Shown piece by piece: positions 50,819-62,460 of a stretch of 64,000 nucleotides of DNA. The notes beneath the pieces are model-generated. The model had not been told where the DNA came from and made no database searches. It saw nothing but the letters and a program-made list of their open reading frames with translations. This stretch comes from Polaromonas sp. (lineage in GTDB: Bacteria > Pseudomonadota > Gammaproteobacteria > Burkholderiales > Burkholderiaceae_C), in the NCBI GenBank assembly GCA_038902915.1, contig JBCKNC010000001.1, forward strand, positions 1,350-65,349, read 5' to 3'. A program made the position numbers and the translations under genes. The stretch's first letter is position 1. Each line of letters starts with the position of its first letter.

Positions 50819-51139
50819 ATGAACAAAATTCGCAAAGGCGACGAGATCATCGTCATCGCAGGTCGCGACAAGGGCAGGCGCGGCACGATCACGCTGCGCA
50901 TCGACGACAGCTACGTGCTGGTTGAGGGTATGAATCTGGTGAAAAAACACACCAAGCCAAACCCTCTCAAAGGCACGACCGGTGGCATCGTTCAAAAAAG
51001 CATGCCGATTCACCAATCCAATGTCGCGATTTTCAACGCGACATCCGGCAAGGCGGATCGGGTTGGTATCAAGCTCCTGGCTGACGGCAAAAAAGTGCGC
51101 GTCTTCAAGTCCAGTGGCGACGCAATTAAGGCTGCATGA
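50819..51139 (+). CDS. rplX: 50S ribosomal protein L24
   Basis: [17 protein letters not shown] (KOW), PIHQSNV. Confidence 0.98.
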   Translation: MNKIRKGDEIIVIAGRDKGRRGTITLRIDDSYVLVEGMNLVKKHTKPNPLKGTTGGIVQKSMPIHQSNVAIFNATSGKADRVGIKLLADGKKVRVFKSSGDAIKAA

Positions 51140-51717
51140 ACATGGCTAAGACCGCACCTACCCAAGCTGCTCCTGCCCAGGTTCGCCTGCAGGCCCAGTT
51201 CCGCGAAAAAATCGTGCCAGCCCTGATTGAGAAATTTGGCTACAAATCGCCGATGCAGGTTCCCCGTATCACCAAGATCACGCTCAACATGGGTGTGAGC
51301 GAGGCGGTTGCCGACAAGAAGGTCATGGACAGCGCCGTCAGCGACATGTCCAAAATCGCAGGCCAAAGGCCTGTGGTGACCAAGGCCAAAAAGGCTATCG
51401 CCGGTTTCAAAATCCGCGAAGATCTGCCAATTGGCTGTATGGTCACCCTGCGCGGTGTCAAGATGTATGAGTTCCTCGACCGTTTCGTGACCGTGGCCCT
51501 GCCGCGCGTTCGTGACTTCCGTGGTATCTCCGGTCGGGCCTTTGACGGCCGTGGCAACTACAACATCGGCGTGAAAGAGCAGATCATTTTTCCTGAAATT
51601 GAATACGACAAGGTTGATGCCTTGCGCGGGCTCAACATCAGCATCACCACGACGGCCAAGACCGATGAAGAGTGCAAGGCACTTCTCACCGCCTTCCGTT
51701 TTCCGTTCAAGAACTGA
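51136..51717 (+). CDS. rplE: 50S ribosomal protein L5
   Basis: [23 protein letters not shown]. Confidence 0.98.
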   Translation: MNMAKTAPTQAAPAQVRLQAQFREKIVPALIEKFGYKSPMQVPRITKITLNMGVSEAVADKKVMDSAVSDMSKIAGQRPVVTKAKKAIAGFKIREDLPIGCMVTLRGVKMYEFLDRFVTVALPRVRDFRGISGRAFDGRGNYNIGVKEQIIFPEIEYDKVDALRGLNISITTTAKTDEECKALLTAFRFPFKN

Positions 51718-51726
51718 AGGCGCAAG

Positions 51727-52032
51727 ATGGCAAAACAAGCATTGCTGCAACGCGAAATCAAACGCGACAAACTGGTCGCTAAATTCGCCAAAAAACACGC
51801 TGAACTGAAGGCTACGGCCAACGATTTCAAGAAAACCGACGACGAGCGCGCCCTGGCCCGTCTGGAGTTGCAAAAGTTGCCCCGCAACGCGAACCCGACC
51901 CGCCAGCGTAACCGCTGCGCGATCACCGGCCGCCCACGCGGAACCTTCCGTCAATTCGGTCTGGCTCGCGCCAAGATCCGCGAATTGGCCTTCGCTGGTG
52001 ATATCCCTGGTATCACCAAAGCAAGCTGGTAA
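51727..52032 (+). CDS. rpsN: 30S ribosomal protein S14
   Basis: [12 protein letters not shown]...ITKASW. Confidence 0.98.
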   Translation: MAKQALLQREIKRDKLVAKFAKKHAELKATANDFKKTDDERALARLELQKLPRNANPTRQRNRCAITGRPRGTFRQFGLARAKIRELAFAGDIPGITKASW

Positions 52033-52047
52033 TAGGAGAGCCACAAA

Positions 52048-52443
52048 ATGAGTATGAGTGATCCTATCGCCGACATGCTGACACGCATTCGGAATGCACA
52101 AATGGTTGAAAAAGCCGTTGTGCGGGTGCCATCGTCCAAAGTCAAGGTTGCCATTGCGCAAGTCTTGAAAGACGAAGGTTATATCGACGGCTTCGCGGTG
52201 AAAACCGACGACGGCAAGTCGCAGCTGGAAATCGCCCTGAAGTACTACGCAGGCAAGCCCGTGATTGAGCGCATCGAGCGTGTTAGTCGCCCCGGCCTTC
52301 GCGTTTACAAAGGCCACGACGCTATTCCTCAGGTCATGAATGGCCTGGGGATAGCAATTGTCACCACCCCGCAAGGCGTGATGACTGATCGCAAGGCGCG
52401 CGCTACCGGTATCGGTGGCGAAGTTCTTTGCTACGTGGCTTAA
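52048..52443 (+). CDS. rpsH: 30S ribosomal protein S8
   Basis: [29 protein letters not shown]. Confidence 0.98.
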   Translation: MSMSDPIADMLTRIRNAQMVEKAVVRVPSSKVKVAIAQVLKDEGYIDGFAVKTDDGKSQLEIALKYYAGKPVIERIERVSRPGLRVYKGHDAIPQVMNGLGIAIVTTPQGVMTDRKARATGIGGEVLCYVA

Positions 52444-52466
52444 CGGCGACATAGAGGAGTCAAGAA

Positions 52467-53000
52467 ATGTCCCGTATAGGAAAAATGCCAGTCTCCATTC
52501 CCCAGGGTGTGGATGTGGCCATCAAAGAAGACCAGATCAATGTCAAGGGTGCCCTCGGCGCTTTGGCCTTGAGCACAAACGCACTCGTCAGCATCAAGAA
52601 TGATGCTGGCAAGCTGACGTTCGAGCCCGCCAATGATTCCCGTGAAGCCAATGCCATGAGCGGCACGATGCGCCAGCTCGTGAACAACATGGTGACCGGT
52701 GTGACCAAGGGTTTCGAGAAAAAACTCAGCCTGATCGGTGTGGGTTACAAAGCCCAGGCGGCAGGTGCCAAGCTTAATTTGACGGTTGGTTATTCACACC
52801 CTGTGGTGATGGATATGCCGGCCGGCATCACAGTTGCAACGCCTACGCCAACTGAAATCGTTATCAAGGGTTCTGACCGCCAGCGTGTTGGCCAGATCGC
52901 CGCTGAAGTTCGTGCCGTTCGTCCTCCTGAGCCTTACAAAGGCAAGGGCATCCGTTATTCGGATGAGAAGATCACGATCAAAGAAACCAAGAAAAAATAA
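52467..53000 (+). CDS. rplF: 50S ribosomal protein L6
   Basis: [19 protein letters not shown]. Confidence 0.98.
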   Translation: MSRIGKMPVSIPQGVDVAIKEDQINVKGALGALALSTNALVSIKNDAGKLTFEPANDSREANAMSGTMRQLVNNMVTGVTKGFEKKLSLIGVGYKAQAAGAKLNLTVGYSHPVVMDMPAGITVATPTPTEIVIKGSDRQRVGQIAAEVRAVRPPEPYKGKGIRYSDEKITIKETKKK

Positions 53001-53011
53001 GGAGCTGCATC

Positions 53012-53377
53012 ATGTTGACCAAAAAAGAGCAGCGCCTTCGTCGTTCACGTCAAACGCGTATCCGCATCGCCACACAAGGCGTTGCCCGCTTGACGGTAAG
53101 TCGTACCAACCTGCACATCTACGCCAGCGTTATCTCTGGCGACGGCACCAAAGTGCTGGCTGCTGCATCTACCGCAGAAGTCGAAGTCCGCAAGGAAATC
53201 GGCGCGTCCGGTAAAGGTGGAAATGTTGCTGCTGCGCAAGTCATTGGCAAGCGCATTGCTGAAAAAGCAAAAGCAGCGGGTGTAGAAAAAGTGGCGTTTG
53301 ATCGCGCCGGTTTTGCGTACCATGGCCGCGTCAAAGCGCTGGCTGATGCGGCTCGCGAAGCTGGGTTGCAGTTCTAA
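53012..53377 (+). CDS. rplR: 50S ribosomal protein L18
   Basis: [26 protein letters not shown]. Confidence 0.98.
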   Translation: MLTKKEQRLRRSRQTRIRIATQGVARLTVSRTNLHIYASVISGDGTKVLAAASTAEVEVRKEIGASGKGGNVAAAQVIGKRIAEKAKAAGVEKVAFDRAGFAYHGRVKALADAAREAGLQF

Positions 53378-53395
53378 GCAGACTGGATACAAAGT

Positions 53396-53914
53396 ATGGC
53401 AAAGTTTCAAGCAAAATCCGCAAACGACGCTCCGGACGATGGTCTGAAGGAAAAGATGATCGCGGTCAACCGCGTCACCAAAGTGGTGAAAGGTGGCCGT
53501 ATTCTCGGTTTCGCCGCACTCACAGTGGTTGGCGATGGTGATGGTCGTGTCGGCATGGGCAAGGGCAAGTCAAAAGAAGTGCCTGCAGCCGTGCAAAAAG
53601 CCATGGAAGAAGCGCGCCGCAACATGACCAAGGTGGCATTGAAAAACGGCACGATTCACCACAATGTGTTTGGTCATTGGGGTGCAGCCAACGTCATGAT
53701 GATGCCAGCGGCCAAAGGTACCGGCATCATTGCTGGCGGTCCGATGCGCGCTGTTTTTGAAGTCATGGGCATCACCGACATCGTGGCCAAGAGCCATGGT
53801 TCGAGCAACCCGTACAACATGGTGCGCGCCACGTTGGACGCACTGAACAACTCCACCACGGCTTCTGATATTGCAGCCAAGCGTGGCAAATCAGTCGAAG
53901 AAATCTTCGGCTAA
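53396..53914 (+). CDS. rpsE: 30S ribosomal protein S5
   Basis: [18 protein letters not shown]. Confidence 0.98.
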   Translation: MAKFQAKSANDAPDDGLKEKMIAVNRVTKVVKGGRILGFAALTVVGDGDGRVGMGKGKSKEVPAAVQKAMEEARRNMTKVALKNGTIHHNVFGHWGAANVMMMPAAKGTGIIAGGPMRAVFEVMGITDIVAKSHGSSNPYNMVRATLDALNNSTTASDIAAKRGKSVEEIFG

Positions 53915-53931
53915 GGCGCAGGGGCATTCAA

Positions 53932-54114
53932 ATGACGACAGCAAATAAAGTAAAAGTCCAACTGATTCGCAGCCCGATTGGCACCAAAGAGTCACACCGC
54001 GCTACTGTGCGTGGTCTGGGTTTGCGCGGTGTTAACAGCGTTAGCGAACTGGAAGACACGCCCGCAGTGCGCGGCATGATTAACAAGATCAGTTACCTGG
54101 TCAAGATTATTTAA
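53932..54114 (+). CDS. rpmD: 50S ribosomal protein L30
   Basis: [18 protein letters not shown]. Confidence 0.97.
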   Translation: MTTANKVKVQLIRSPIGTKESHRATVRGLGLRGVNSVSELEDTPAVRGMINKISYLVKII

Positions 54115-54185
54115 ATTTTTTTGTGGGAAAGACCGCAGCCGCGTAGCGGCAAGCTCTGTCCCCAACTGACTACGTAAGGCCTATT

Positions 54186-54617
54186 ATGGAATTAAACGGA
54201 ATCAAGCCTGGCGTTGGTGCAAAGCACTACAAACGCCGTGTCGGTCGTGGCATTGGCTCTGGCATCGGTAAAACCGCAGGACGCGGCCACAAAGGTCAAA
54301 AGTCTCGCGCCGGTGGCTACCACAAGGTCGGCTTTGAAGGCGGTCAAATGCCTTTGCAACGTCGCTTGCCAAAGCGCGGTTTCAAATCGCATTTGCTCAA
54401 GTTCAATGCTGAAGTCACGTTGACGGCACTGGAGCAGCTCGGTCTGGCTGAAGTGGACTTGCTGGCTTTGAAGACGGCTGGCCTGGTGGGTCAACTGGCT
54501 AAAAACGTCAAGATCATCAAGACCGGCGAGTTGACGAAAGCCGTCAAGCTCAATGGTATTGGTGCAACTGCTGCTGCCAAGGCCATCATTGAAGCCGCTG
54601 GCGGCTCGGTTGCCTAA
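54186..54617 (+). CDS. rplO: 50S ribosomal protein L15
   Basis: [27 protein letters not shown]. Confidence 0.98.
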   Translation: MELNGIKPGVGAKHYKRRVGRGIGSGIGKTAGRGHKGQKSRAGGYHKVGFEGGQMPLQRRLPKRGFKSHLLKFNAEVTLTALEQLGLAEVDLLALKTAGLVGQLAKNVKIIKTGELTKAVKLNGIGATAAAKAIIEAAGGSVA

Positions 54618-54644
54618 GTTTTAAAGCATTGACAGGATTCATCG

Positions 54645-55964
54645 GTGGCAACTAACTCGGCTCAATTGGCAAAATCCGGCAAGTTCGGCGATTTGCGGAG
54701 CAGGCTTGTGTTTTTGCTGCTGGCACTGGTGGTGTACCGCATTGGTGCGCACATTCCGGTTCCCGGAATTGACCCTGGGCAGTTGCAGCAGCTTTTCAAA
54801 GGGCAGGAAGGCGGCATATTGAGTTTGTTCAATATGTTCTCCGGTGGCGCGCTGTCGCGGTTCGCGGTGTTTGCGCTGGGCATCATGCCCTACATCTCTG
54901 CTTCCATCATCATGCAGTTGATGACGTATGTCGTGCCGACATTTGAGCAACTGAAAAAAGAAGGTGAAAGCGGACGCCGCAAGATTACCCAGTACACCCG
55001 CTACGGTACTTTGGGCCTGGCACTGTTTCAGTCGATGGGCATTGCGGTTGCACTGGAAAGCTCGCCAGGCTTGGTTTTGGCACCCGGATTTGGTTTTCGC
55101 ATGACAGCGGTGGTGAGCTTGACCGCCGGCACGATGTTTTTGATGTGGCTCGGTGAGCAGATTACCGAACGTGGCCTGGGCAACGGTATCTCGATTCTGA
55201 TTTTTGCAAGTATTGTGGCCGGTTTGCCCAGTGCCATGGGCGGTCTGCTTGAGTTGGTGCGTACCGGCGCCATGAGCATCCTGGTGGCGATCGTGATCGT
55301 GATCGTGGTCGTGCTGGTCACTTACTTTGTTGTATTTGTAGAGCGCGGCCAGCGGAAAATTCTGGTCAATTACGCCAGGCGGCAGGTTGGCAACAAGGTG
55401 TATGGCGGGCAATCCTCCCATCTGCCTTTGAAGTTGAACATGGCCGGTGTCATCCCTCCGATTTTTGCGTCCTCAATTATTTTGTTGCCGGCGACGGTGG
55501 TAGGCTGGTTTGCCACCGGCGACGGCATGCGCTGGCTCAAGGATATTGCCAGCACGCTCACTCCCGGCCAACCTATCTATGTGATGTTTTATGCGAGTGC
55601 AATCATATTTTTCTGCTTTTTTTACACGGCACTGGTTTTTAACAGCCGTGAAACGGCAGACAACCTGAAGAAAAGCGGTGCCTTCATTCCGGGAATACGT
55701 CCGGGCGACCAGACGGCGCGCTACATCGACAAGATTCTGGTGCGTTTGACGCTGGCCGGATCGATCTACATCACCGCCGTCTGTCTGCTGCCTGAGTTTT
55801 TGATTTTGAGATACAACGTGCCGTTTTATTTCGGTGGCACCTCTTTGCTGATTATTGTGATTGTCACCATGGATTTCATGGCGCAAGTGCAGAACTACAT
55901 GATGTCGCAGCAGTACGAGTCCTTGCTTAAAAAAGCAAGCTTCAAGACATCGCCAGGCGCGTAG
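54645..55964 (+). CDS. secY: Preprotein translocase subunit SecY
   Basis: [37 protein letters not shown]. Confidence 0.98.
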   Translation: MATNSAQLAKSGKFGDLRSRLVFLLLALVVYRIGAHIPVPGIDPGQLQQLFKGQEGGILSLFNMFSGGALSRFAVFALGIMPYISASIIMQLMTYVVPTFEQLKKEGESGRRKITQYTRYGTLGLALFQSMGIAVALESSPGLVLAPGFGFRMTAVVSLTAGTMFLMWLGEQITERGLGNGISILIFASIVAGLPSAMGGLLELVRTGAMSILVAIVIVIVVVLVTYFVVFVERGQRKILVNYARRQVGNKVYGGQSSHLPLKLNMAGVIPPIFASSIILLPATVVGWFATGDGMRWLKDIASTLTPGQPIYVMFYASAIIFFCFFYTALVFNSRETADNLKKSGAFIPGIRPGDQTARYIDKILVRLTLAGSIYITAVCLLPEFLILRYNVPFYFGGTSLLIIVIVTMDFMAQVQNYMMSQQYESLLKKASFKTSPGA

Positions 55965-56005
55965 GCTAAAGTGCGCGTTTAACGAGTAATTTAGGAGAAT
56001 TAAAA

Positions 56006-56119
56006 ATGAGAGTTTCAGCTTCGGTCAAGAAAATTTGCCGCAACTGTAAAGTTATCCGTCGCAAGGGCGTTGTACGCGTGATTTGCACAGAACCACGTCA
56101 CAAACAGCGGCAAGGCTGA
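56006..56119 (+). CDS. rpmJ: 50S ribosomal protein L36
   Basis: Hand translation [37 protein letters not shown] (37 aa, below ORF track cut-off). Confidence 0.97.
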   Translation: MRVSASVKKICRNCKVIRRKGVVRVICTEPRHKQRQG

Positions 56120-56143
56120 TTTTAAGAGTTTTAGAGGACGAAC

Positions 56144-56509
56144 ATGGCCCGTATCGCTGGTATCAATATTCCGCCGCAACAGCACGCCGAAATCGGCTTG
56201 ACTGCAATCTTTGGCATCGGTCGCACCCGTGCTCGCAAAATTTGCGACGCCTGTGCCATCGCCTATTCAAAGAAAGTCAAAGACCTGACTGACGGCGATC
56301 TGGAAAAAATTCGTGATCAGATCGCACTGTTCACCATTGAAGGTGACTTGCGTCGTGAAACCACGATGAACATCAAGCGCCTGATGGACATCGGCTGCTA
56401 TCGCGGCTTCCGTCATCGTCGTGGCCTGCCCATGCGTGGCCAGCGTACGCGTACCAATGCCCGCACCCGCAAGGGCCCGCGCAAGGCCGCAGCGTCGTTG
56501 AAGAAATAA
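56144..56509 (+). CDS. rpsM: 30S ribosomal protein S13
   Basis: [24 protein letters not shown]. Confidence 0.98.
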   Translation: MARIAGINIPPQQHAEIGLTAIFGIGRTRARKICDACAIAYSKKVKDLTDGDLEKIRDQIALFTIEGDLRRETTMNIKRLMDIGCYRGFRHRRGLPMRGQRTRTNARTRKGPRKAAASLKK

Positions 56510-56524
56510 TCAAGAGGTTCTCTT

Positions 56525-56929
56525 ATGGCTAAGTCACCAACCAATACCGCAGCACAACGCGTTCGCAAGAAAGTTCGCAAGAACGTTGCCGACGGCATTG
56601 CACACATTCACGCATCGTTCAACAACACCATCATCACGATCACCGATCGCCAGGGCAATGCCCTGTCGTGGGCTTCGTCAGGTGGTCAGGGTTTCAAGGG
56701 TTCGCGTAAATCGACTCCATTTGCTGCACAGGTAGCATCTGAGGTGGCTGGCCGCGCAGCTATTGAGCAAGGCATTAAAAACCTTGATGTTGAAATCAAG
56801 GGCCCCGGTCCAGGTCGCGAGTCTTCGGTTCGCGCGCTCGGCGCTCTCGGTATCCGGATCAATTCGATTGCTGACGTAACCCCGGTTCCACACAACGGCT
56901 GCCGTCCACAAAAACGCCGCCGTATTTAA
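56525..56929 (+). CDS. rpsK: 30S ribosomal protein S11
   Basis: [22 protein letters not shown]. Confidence 0.98.
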   Translation: MAKSPTNTAAQRVRKKVRKNVADGIAHIHASFNNTIITITDRQGNALSWASSGGQGFKGSRKSTPFAAQVASEVAGRAAIEQGIKNLDVEIKGPGPGRESSVRALGALGIRINSIADVTPVPHNGCRPQKRRRI

Positions 56930-57086
56930 TCCCCCGTAATCCCCAGTGTTCTGGCGGGGCTGCTTGCTTTTTTGGCAATTACCCGGCGCAGGACTTTTAA
57001 CCAAAGCCCACCGCCATCAGGCTAAGCGTCAAAGTTTAGGCCGAAGGCTCCTGCAGCGATGCAGCAGATGACAAAAGGAATTCAAA

Positions 57087-57710
57087 GTGGCACGTTACCT
57101 AGGCCCCAAGGCCAAACTATCCCGTCGTGAAGGCACCGACCTCTTTTTAAAGAGTGCTCGCCGCGCCATCGCCGACAAATCAAAATTCGACTCCAAACCG
57201 GGTCAGCATGGCCGTACCTCCGGTACCCGTACGTCCGACTATGGTCTGCAACTGCGTGAAAAGCAGAAGGTCAAGCGCATGTACGGCGTGCTGGAAAAGC
57301 AGTTCCGCCGCTACTTCGAAGAAGCTGATCGCCGCAAAGGCAACACCGGTGCCAATCTGTTGTTCATTCTGGAATGCCGTCTGGACAACGTGGCCTACCG
57401 CATGGGCTTCGGCTCAACCCGCGCTGAAGCACGCCAGCTGGTGTCGCACAAGGCGATTACCGTCAACGGCGGTTCGGTCAATATTCCTTCGTATATGGTC
57501 AAGGCTGGTGATGTGATTGCCGTCCGGGAGAAGTCGAAGAAGCAGACTCGCGTGGCAGAAGCCCTCGAGTTGGCCAAACAGGTGGGTATGCCTGCCTGGG
57601 TCGAGGTCAGCATCGAGAAGGGCGAAGGCACTTTCAAGAAGATTCCTGACCGTGACGAGTTCGCCGCTGACGTGAACGAATCGCTCATCGTCGAGTTGTA
57701 TTCACGCTAA
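57087..57710 (+). CDS. rpsD: 30S ribosomal protein S4
   Basis: [22 protein letters not shown] (GTG start). Confidence 0.98.
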   Translation: MARYLGPKAKLSRREGTDLFLKSARRAIADKSKFDSKPGQHGRTSGTRTSDYGLQLREKQKVKRMYGVLEKQFRRYFEEADRRKGNTGANLLFILECRLDNVAYRMGFGSTRAEARQLVSHKAITVNGGSVNIPSYMVKAGDVIAVREKSKKQTRVAEALELAKQVGMPAWVEVSIEKGEGTFKKIPDRDEFAADVNESLIVELYSR

Positions 57711-57815
57711 TTTCGTTCCTGCGGTACGAGGCGCTGCATATGTGGAATATGCAGGTTTTTGTACCGTCGGCCTTATCGGTGTAACGAACCGAGGGTATTG
57801 ACATAGGAAGATTGC

Positions 57816-58805
57816 ATGCAAACTAATTTACTGAAACCAAAAACCATCAACGTCGAGCAACTGAGCGCCAACCGCGCAAAAGTCACGCTCGAACCATTTG
57901 AGCGTGGCTATGGCCACACCCTGGGCAACGCCCTGCGCCGTGTATTGCTGTCGTCCCTGGTCGGCCATGCCGCCACTGAAGTCACCATCGCTGGCGTGCT
58001 GCACGAGTACTCGACTATTGACGGTGTTCAAGAAGACGTCGTCAATATTTTGCTTAACCTCAAGGGCGTGGTTTTCAAGCTCCACAACCGTGATGAAGTG
58101 ACATTGAGCCTGCGCAAAGATGGCGCTGGCCCGGTGACGGCGGCTGACATTCAGACTCCGCATGATGTTGAAATCATCAACCCTGAGCATGTGATTGTTA
58201 ACCTGTCGCACGGCGGCAAAATTGACATGCAGATCAAGGTTGAAAGTGGCCGTGGCTATGTGCCCGGTAACGTTCGTCGTTATGGTGACGAGTCCACCAA
58301 ATCGATTGGTCGTATTGTTCTGGACGCATCGTTCTCGCCCGTCAAGCGCGTCAGCTACACGGTTGAAAGCGCCCGCGTCGAGCAGCGCACAGACCTCGAT
58401 AAACTGGTTATCGAAATCGAAACCAACGGGGCAGTGTCGGCAGAAGATGCCGTGCGCGCGTCAGCCAAAATTTTGGTTGAACAACTCGCAGTATTCGCGC
58501 AACTTGAAGGCCATGAACTCGCCGCGTTTGATGCGCCAGTTCAACGCAGCTCACAGCAGTTTGACCCGATTCTGCTGCGCCCGGTTGATGAGCTTGAGCT
58601 CACCGTGCGTTCTGCAAACTGCCTGAAGGCCGAAAACATTTACTACATCGGCGACTTGATCCAGCGTACTGAAAACGAGCTGCTAAAAACGCCGAACCTG
58701 GGCCGTAAATCGCTCAACGAAATCAAGGAAGTGCTCGCATCGCGTGGTTTGACCCTCGGTATGCGCCTTGAAAGCTGGCCACCGGCCGGGCTGGACAAGC
58801 ATTAA
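57816..58805 (+). CDS. rpoA: RNA polymerase alpha subunit
   Basis: [29 protein letters not shown]. Confidence 0.98.
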   Translation: MQTNLLKPKTINVEQLSANRAKVTLEPFERGYGHTLGNALRRVLLSSLVGHAATEVTIAGVLHEYSTIDGVQEDVVNILLNLKGVVFKLHNRDEVTLSLRKDGAGPVTAADIQTPHDVEIINPEHVIVNLSHGGKIDMQIKVESGRGYVPGNVRRYGDESTKSIGRIVLDASFSPVKRVSYTVESARVEQRTDLDKLVIEIETNGAVSAEDAVRASAKILVEQLAVFAQLEGHELAAFDAPVQRSSQQFDPILLRPVDELELTVRSANCLKAENIYYIGDLIQRTENELLKTPNLGRKSLNEIKEVLASRGLTLGMRLESWPPAGLDKH

Positions 58806-58891
58806 TTTAAAACCGAAGACCATCTCTTCAATGGGATGGCGCACGGGCAGTACCTGATACGGCTGCCCGGATACTAAAAAAGGAAATCACC

Positions 58892-59293
58892 ATGCGTCAC
58901 GGACACGGACTACGTAAACTAAACCGCACCAGCGAGCACCGCCTCGCCATGCTGCGCAATATGATGAACTCGCTGCTACAGCACGAAGCCATCAAAACGA
59001 CGCTGCCAAAAGCAAAAGAGCTGCGCCGCGTTGTTGAACCCATGATCACGCTGGCCAAAGAGCCAACGCTGGCCAACAAACGCCTCGCATTCGACCGCCT
59101 GCGCGACCGCGACATGGTCGTCAAGCTGTTTGCAGAACTCGGCCCACGCTACAAGGCACGTCCTGGCGGCTACACCCGCATTTTGAAAATGGGCTTCCGT
59201 GTTGGCGACAACGCTCCCATGGCACTCGTCGAGCTGGTAGACCGGCCGGATGTGAATGCTGATACCACTACAGCTGACCCGGCCAAGGCTTAA
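58892..59293 (+). CDS. rplQ: 50S ribosomal protein L17
   Basis: [25 protein letters not shown]. Confidence 0.98.
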   Translation: MRHGHGLRKLNRTSEHRLAMLRNMMNSLLQHEAIKTTLPKAKELRRVVEPMITLAKEPTLANKRLAFDRLRDRDMVVKLFAELGPRYKARPGGYTRILKMGFRVGDNAPMALVELVDRPDVNADTTTADPAKA

Positions 59294-59315
59294 GTAAGCT
59301 ACAATAACAACTTAT

Positions 59316-59392
<77 letters not shown>

Positions 59393-59418
59393 ATAACCTA
59401 GCTAACCAAGCTAGTAGC

Positions 59419-59445
59419 AAACGCCCACTTCATGTGGGCGTTTTG
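59419..59445. terminator. Bidirectional intrinsic terminator after the tRNA
   Basis: AAACGCCCAC-TTCAT-GTGGGCGTTTT. Confidence 0.8.
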
Positions 59446-59460
59446 TGTCATCTGGCCATT

Positions 59461-59964
59461 TCACACCAAAGAACGCCGCGCTGTCCGTAGACGTTCCTCA
59501 AGGTAAGCGCCATAGAAGTCCGGGATATAGCCCCCAACCAGCCGATCAGCCACCTCTATGCCTCTTTTGCCAAAGAACAGCACAGTCGGTGCCACCCGTA
59601 TGCCCCACGCGCGCGTCAGTTGATCATGTGTCACTTGCTCACCTCGGAAGTCGCGCACTGATCGCGCACTTCGCATATCCACCTGAACCACGCTCTGTTG
59701 CTCTTCAACGCGCAGAGGTCCCAGGTAGCTGTCCCGTGCAATACGGCAAAACGGGCAGCCTTCAAGGTTGACCATGACGATCAAGGGCTTCCTAACGGCA
59801 AGGGCCAGCGCCAATTCATCGGCAAGGGAATCGGGTTTCGGCAAGATCACTCGACCGCCCGCAAGTGCTGGCGCGACTACAAAGGGCCATGCGGCCAGCG
59901 CGCCAAGCGTAGTCAGCAGCTCGCGGCGCTTGGGCGCATTTTGGATGTTGCTTGGTTTGGACAT
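59461..59964 (-). CDS. Periplasmic thioredoxin-fold protein (SoxW-like)
   Basis: Tat-like KRRELL signal, GCPFC motif, APTVLF, PDFYGAYLE. Confidence 0.75.
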   Translation of the reverse strand: MSKPSNIQNAPKRRELLTTLGALAAWPFVVAPALAGGRVILPKPDSLADELALALAVRKPLIVMVNLEGCPFCRIARDSYLGPLRVEEQQSVVQVDMRSARSVRDFRGEQVTHDQLTRAWGIRVAPTVLFFGKRGIEVADRLVGGYIPDFYGAYLEERLRTARRSLV

Positions 59965-60147
59965 GTTTTGATTCACCATGGCAGCTAGTACTGCGACTCG
60001 GAAATAAGGAAACATGAAAACGCGTCTTTTTCCGCCCGGCGTTGTTGCTCGTCGCTGCCATAGCTACGGCTATGTCGCCTCCTCACGCCTAGCCGGACGA
60101 AAAAATCCATCGTTTTCATTTTGTTCCCCTATTCCCGAGTCGCAGTA

Positions 60148-61110
60148 CTATTCGCGCTCCATCAACAGATAAGTGTTATATACGTTCATGCGGTTAGCTG
60201 CGCGGAAAAGCGGCAGATGTTCAAAACGTGACCAGTCTGTGGCCTTGTAGGCCTCGTCGAAAGGCTCAAGATTGCGCGAAGCTTTGTCCATACTCTCCCG
60301 CAAATATGTCAAATAGTCCCGGGTCTGCCGTAAGTCATCGCGTGCAGACGATGAAACCGGCCCATGCCCAGGCACAGTTGTTTGGATATCAAAAAGGAGC
60401 AGCGTATCCAGTGACTCAATCCATTTTTTGCTATCGGCGGCCTGACCGACGAAGGGCAGACGCCCCCGAAAAACCAGATCACCGGCAAAAAGCACTTTTT
60501 CTGAAGGCAGATATACGACAAGGTCTTCCGGAGTGTGCGCAGGCCCAACTGGCTTCAGGACAAAGCGGACACCACCCACAACCAAATCACGCTCACGATC
60601 AAGCCACTCGTCAGCTAAAACCAAACGGGTTTTCTCGTCTATCCATGGGAATAGCTCGTTGCGAGATGCTTCCAGGCGCAGCTGGGCAGTTTCTGAATTT
60701 AAATACTCAAGCCCGGCACGAGCTGCAATGATGCGCGCACCAGCGTCTTTAAAGGCCTGCAACCCATAAATATGATCTGCGTGGTAATGCGTGACGATCA
60801 CATGCGTGACCACCTTGCCAGTCAGGCGCTTAATCTCGCGCATCAACTCGCGAGCCAGTTCAGGCGAGCCAAGCGCATCAATGACAACGACCCCAGCAGG
60901 GGTCACCACGAAACCCGCATTGGAGATAAAGTTCCGATTGGCAGCACTGCCAAGCGCCAACTCGCCCTCAACGTACCACGCAGATGCTGACACCTGGCGA
61001 GGCAGCATCTGACTGCCCGCTTTCGTTTGCGCCTCATCGACTGCGCAGGCCGTTATCGAAAATATTGCGAACGCCGCCAAATGCCAACGCAAAAAACACC
61101 AGACTGCCAT
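60148..61110 (-). CDS. Secreted metallo-beta-lactamase-fold hydrolase (SoxH-like)
   Basis: SNAGFV, THYHADH, AHTPED, AGDL, VPGHG. Confidence 0.85.
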   Translation of the reverse strand: MAVWCFLRWHLAAFAIFSITACAVDEAQTKAGSQMLPRQVSASAWYVEGELALGSAANRNFISNAGFVVTPAGVVVIDALGSPELARELMREIKRLTGKVVTHVIVTHYHADHIYGLQAFKDAGARIIAARAGLEYLNSETAQLRLEASRNELFPWIDEKTRLVLADEWLDRERDLVVGGVRFVLKPVGPAHTPEDLVVYLPSEKVLFAGDLVFRGRLPFVGQAADSKKWIESLDTLLLFDIQTTVPGHGPVSSSARDDLRQTRDYLTYLRESMDKASRNLEPFDEAYKATDWSRFEHLPLFRAANRMNVYNTYLLMERE

Positions 61111-61539
61111 TCAGCTCTCCATTTGGAACATTTCTGGCAAGGCACCCATTGCAATACTCAGAATTGCAAGGTAATATAAGCCATCTCTTACATATTGGCA
61201 AGAGGCCTAGCAGCTGATTTTTAGATTTCGACTTCAAATGACCCGACAAAAATCGAAATCACATCTCGACATCTCCGCGTTTCCCCTAGCACTAAACGTC
61301 ACGGAATACATTACATTCTTATGCACAAATAGTAAGAAATAATTCATTGGATTTTTTATCCGCTCCAGTCGGGGCACTCCGGGAGTTCGCCATGAAGCGG
61401 TCTTTATTTTTTGACATACCCAGCTTCCAAATTTTAGTAATCGCGCCGTTCCTGCATTGACTGCGAGGTGAACGACCGATTGAGCCGAGTGAATACGGGT
61501 TTGTTGAACAATACGATGCACCCTCTCTCTATAGGCAAC

Positions 61540-61890
61540 ATGAAACCAACTCTAATGGCGCTACGAGCCAGCAAATCTGATGGCCAAGCAAAGATTGAAT
61601 CCGATGCGGTTTTCGAACTGGCTGCGGAGGTTTTTCGTGTCATGTCGGCCCCGATGAGGCTAAAAATTATTAGCTGCTTGTGCAACGGTGAAAAGAACGT
61701 ATCAGAACTTTTGTCCCAAGTTGACACAACCCAGCCGAATATGTCACAGCATTTAAATACGCTATATCAAGCGGGCGTGCTCGGCAAGCGACGTGATGGC
61801 GTACAGATTTTTTACCGGATTATCAATGATAGGGTGGTGACGCTTTGTAGAGCAGTGTGTACTCAAATTGCGATTGAGGCAGAGCCCTAG
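61540..61890 (+). CDS. ArsR/SmtB-family repressor (SoxR/BigR-like)
   Basis: SAPMRLKIISCLC, TTQPNMSQHL, RRDGVQIFY, LCRAVC. Confidence 0.88.
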   Translation: MKPTLMALRASKSDGQAKIESDAVFELAAEVFRVMSAPMRLKIISCLCNGEKNVSELLSQVDTTQPNMSQHLNTLYQAGVLGKRRDGVQIFYRIINDRVVTLCRAVCTQIAIEAEP

Positions 61891-62045
61891 ACTTTTCCTA
61901 TTAGTTTCTTTATCGGTTTCGCGCGACCTTTTCGGCTGAAAGAAATGTTGAAAGCCTATTGCCAGCGCGTCGATGACGGTAACAGCCTTGTCCTAAATGA
62001 GGTATGGGCCTGAACGGCTGGCGTATGTCCACCCAGGAATGAGCC

Positions 62046-62176
62046 TGAAGGGACGAATTTGAGATTGAACTGCTGCCGTCCTGATCATCACAAGGATGGT
62101 GATCAACATGGACGAGACAAAGCTGCGCACGATTGCGCAACTGCAGGAATTTCTGGACGCAACCCCCGAGGTGAGC
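62046..62176 (+). pseudogene. Left end and first ~27 codons of an integrase-type (IS481/ISNCY-like) transposase
   Basis: TGAAGGGACGAATTTGAGATTGAAC then MVINMDETKLRTIAQLQEFLDATPEV, a recalled transposase N-terminus; truncated. Confidence 0.55.
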
Positions 62177-62252
62177 GACAGAACCCTACTCATTGCCTTT
62201 GTAAAATCCGCTGTTGAAAAAACGGCGTTACGACCCAACTACCGCTGTTGGT

Positions 62253-62436
62253 GGGGTTATTGGGGTCAGAGTCCAAATTCATCGTGCTTTTGACACGCCC
62301 TTCGGAGTTATTGGGGTCAGACACCAATTTCGCTGCGGTGCATCGCACCGCGCCCTCCGGGCGAACCGTAGGCTCGGCGAATTTGGGCTCTGACCCCAAA
62401 AACTCCATGAAATTGGCGTCTGACCCCAATAACCCC
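62253..62436. repeat. Type A GGGGTCAGA palindrome (62304-62406) nested inside an inverted type B copy
   Basis: GGGGTCAGAGTCCAAATTCATCGTG..., full type A copy, ...ATGAAATTGGCGTCTGACCCCAATAACCCC. Confidence 0.88.
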
Positions 62437-62460
62437 TGAACCTTCCAACCAAGAGAGACC

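Noticed and set aside
55965-56005. Absence of infA/map between secY and rpmJ, and separation of the S10 and spc operons
   Set aside because: To my knowledge an ordinary lineage-level arrangement in this group.
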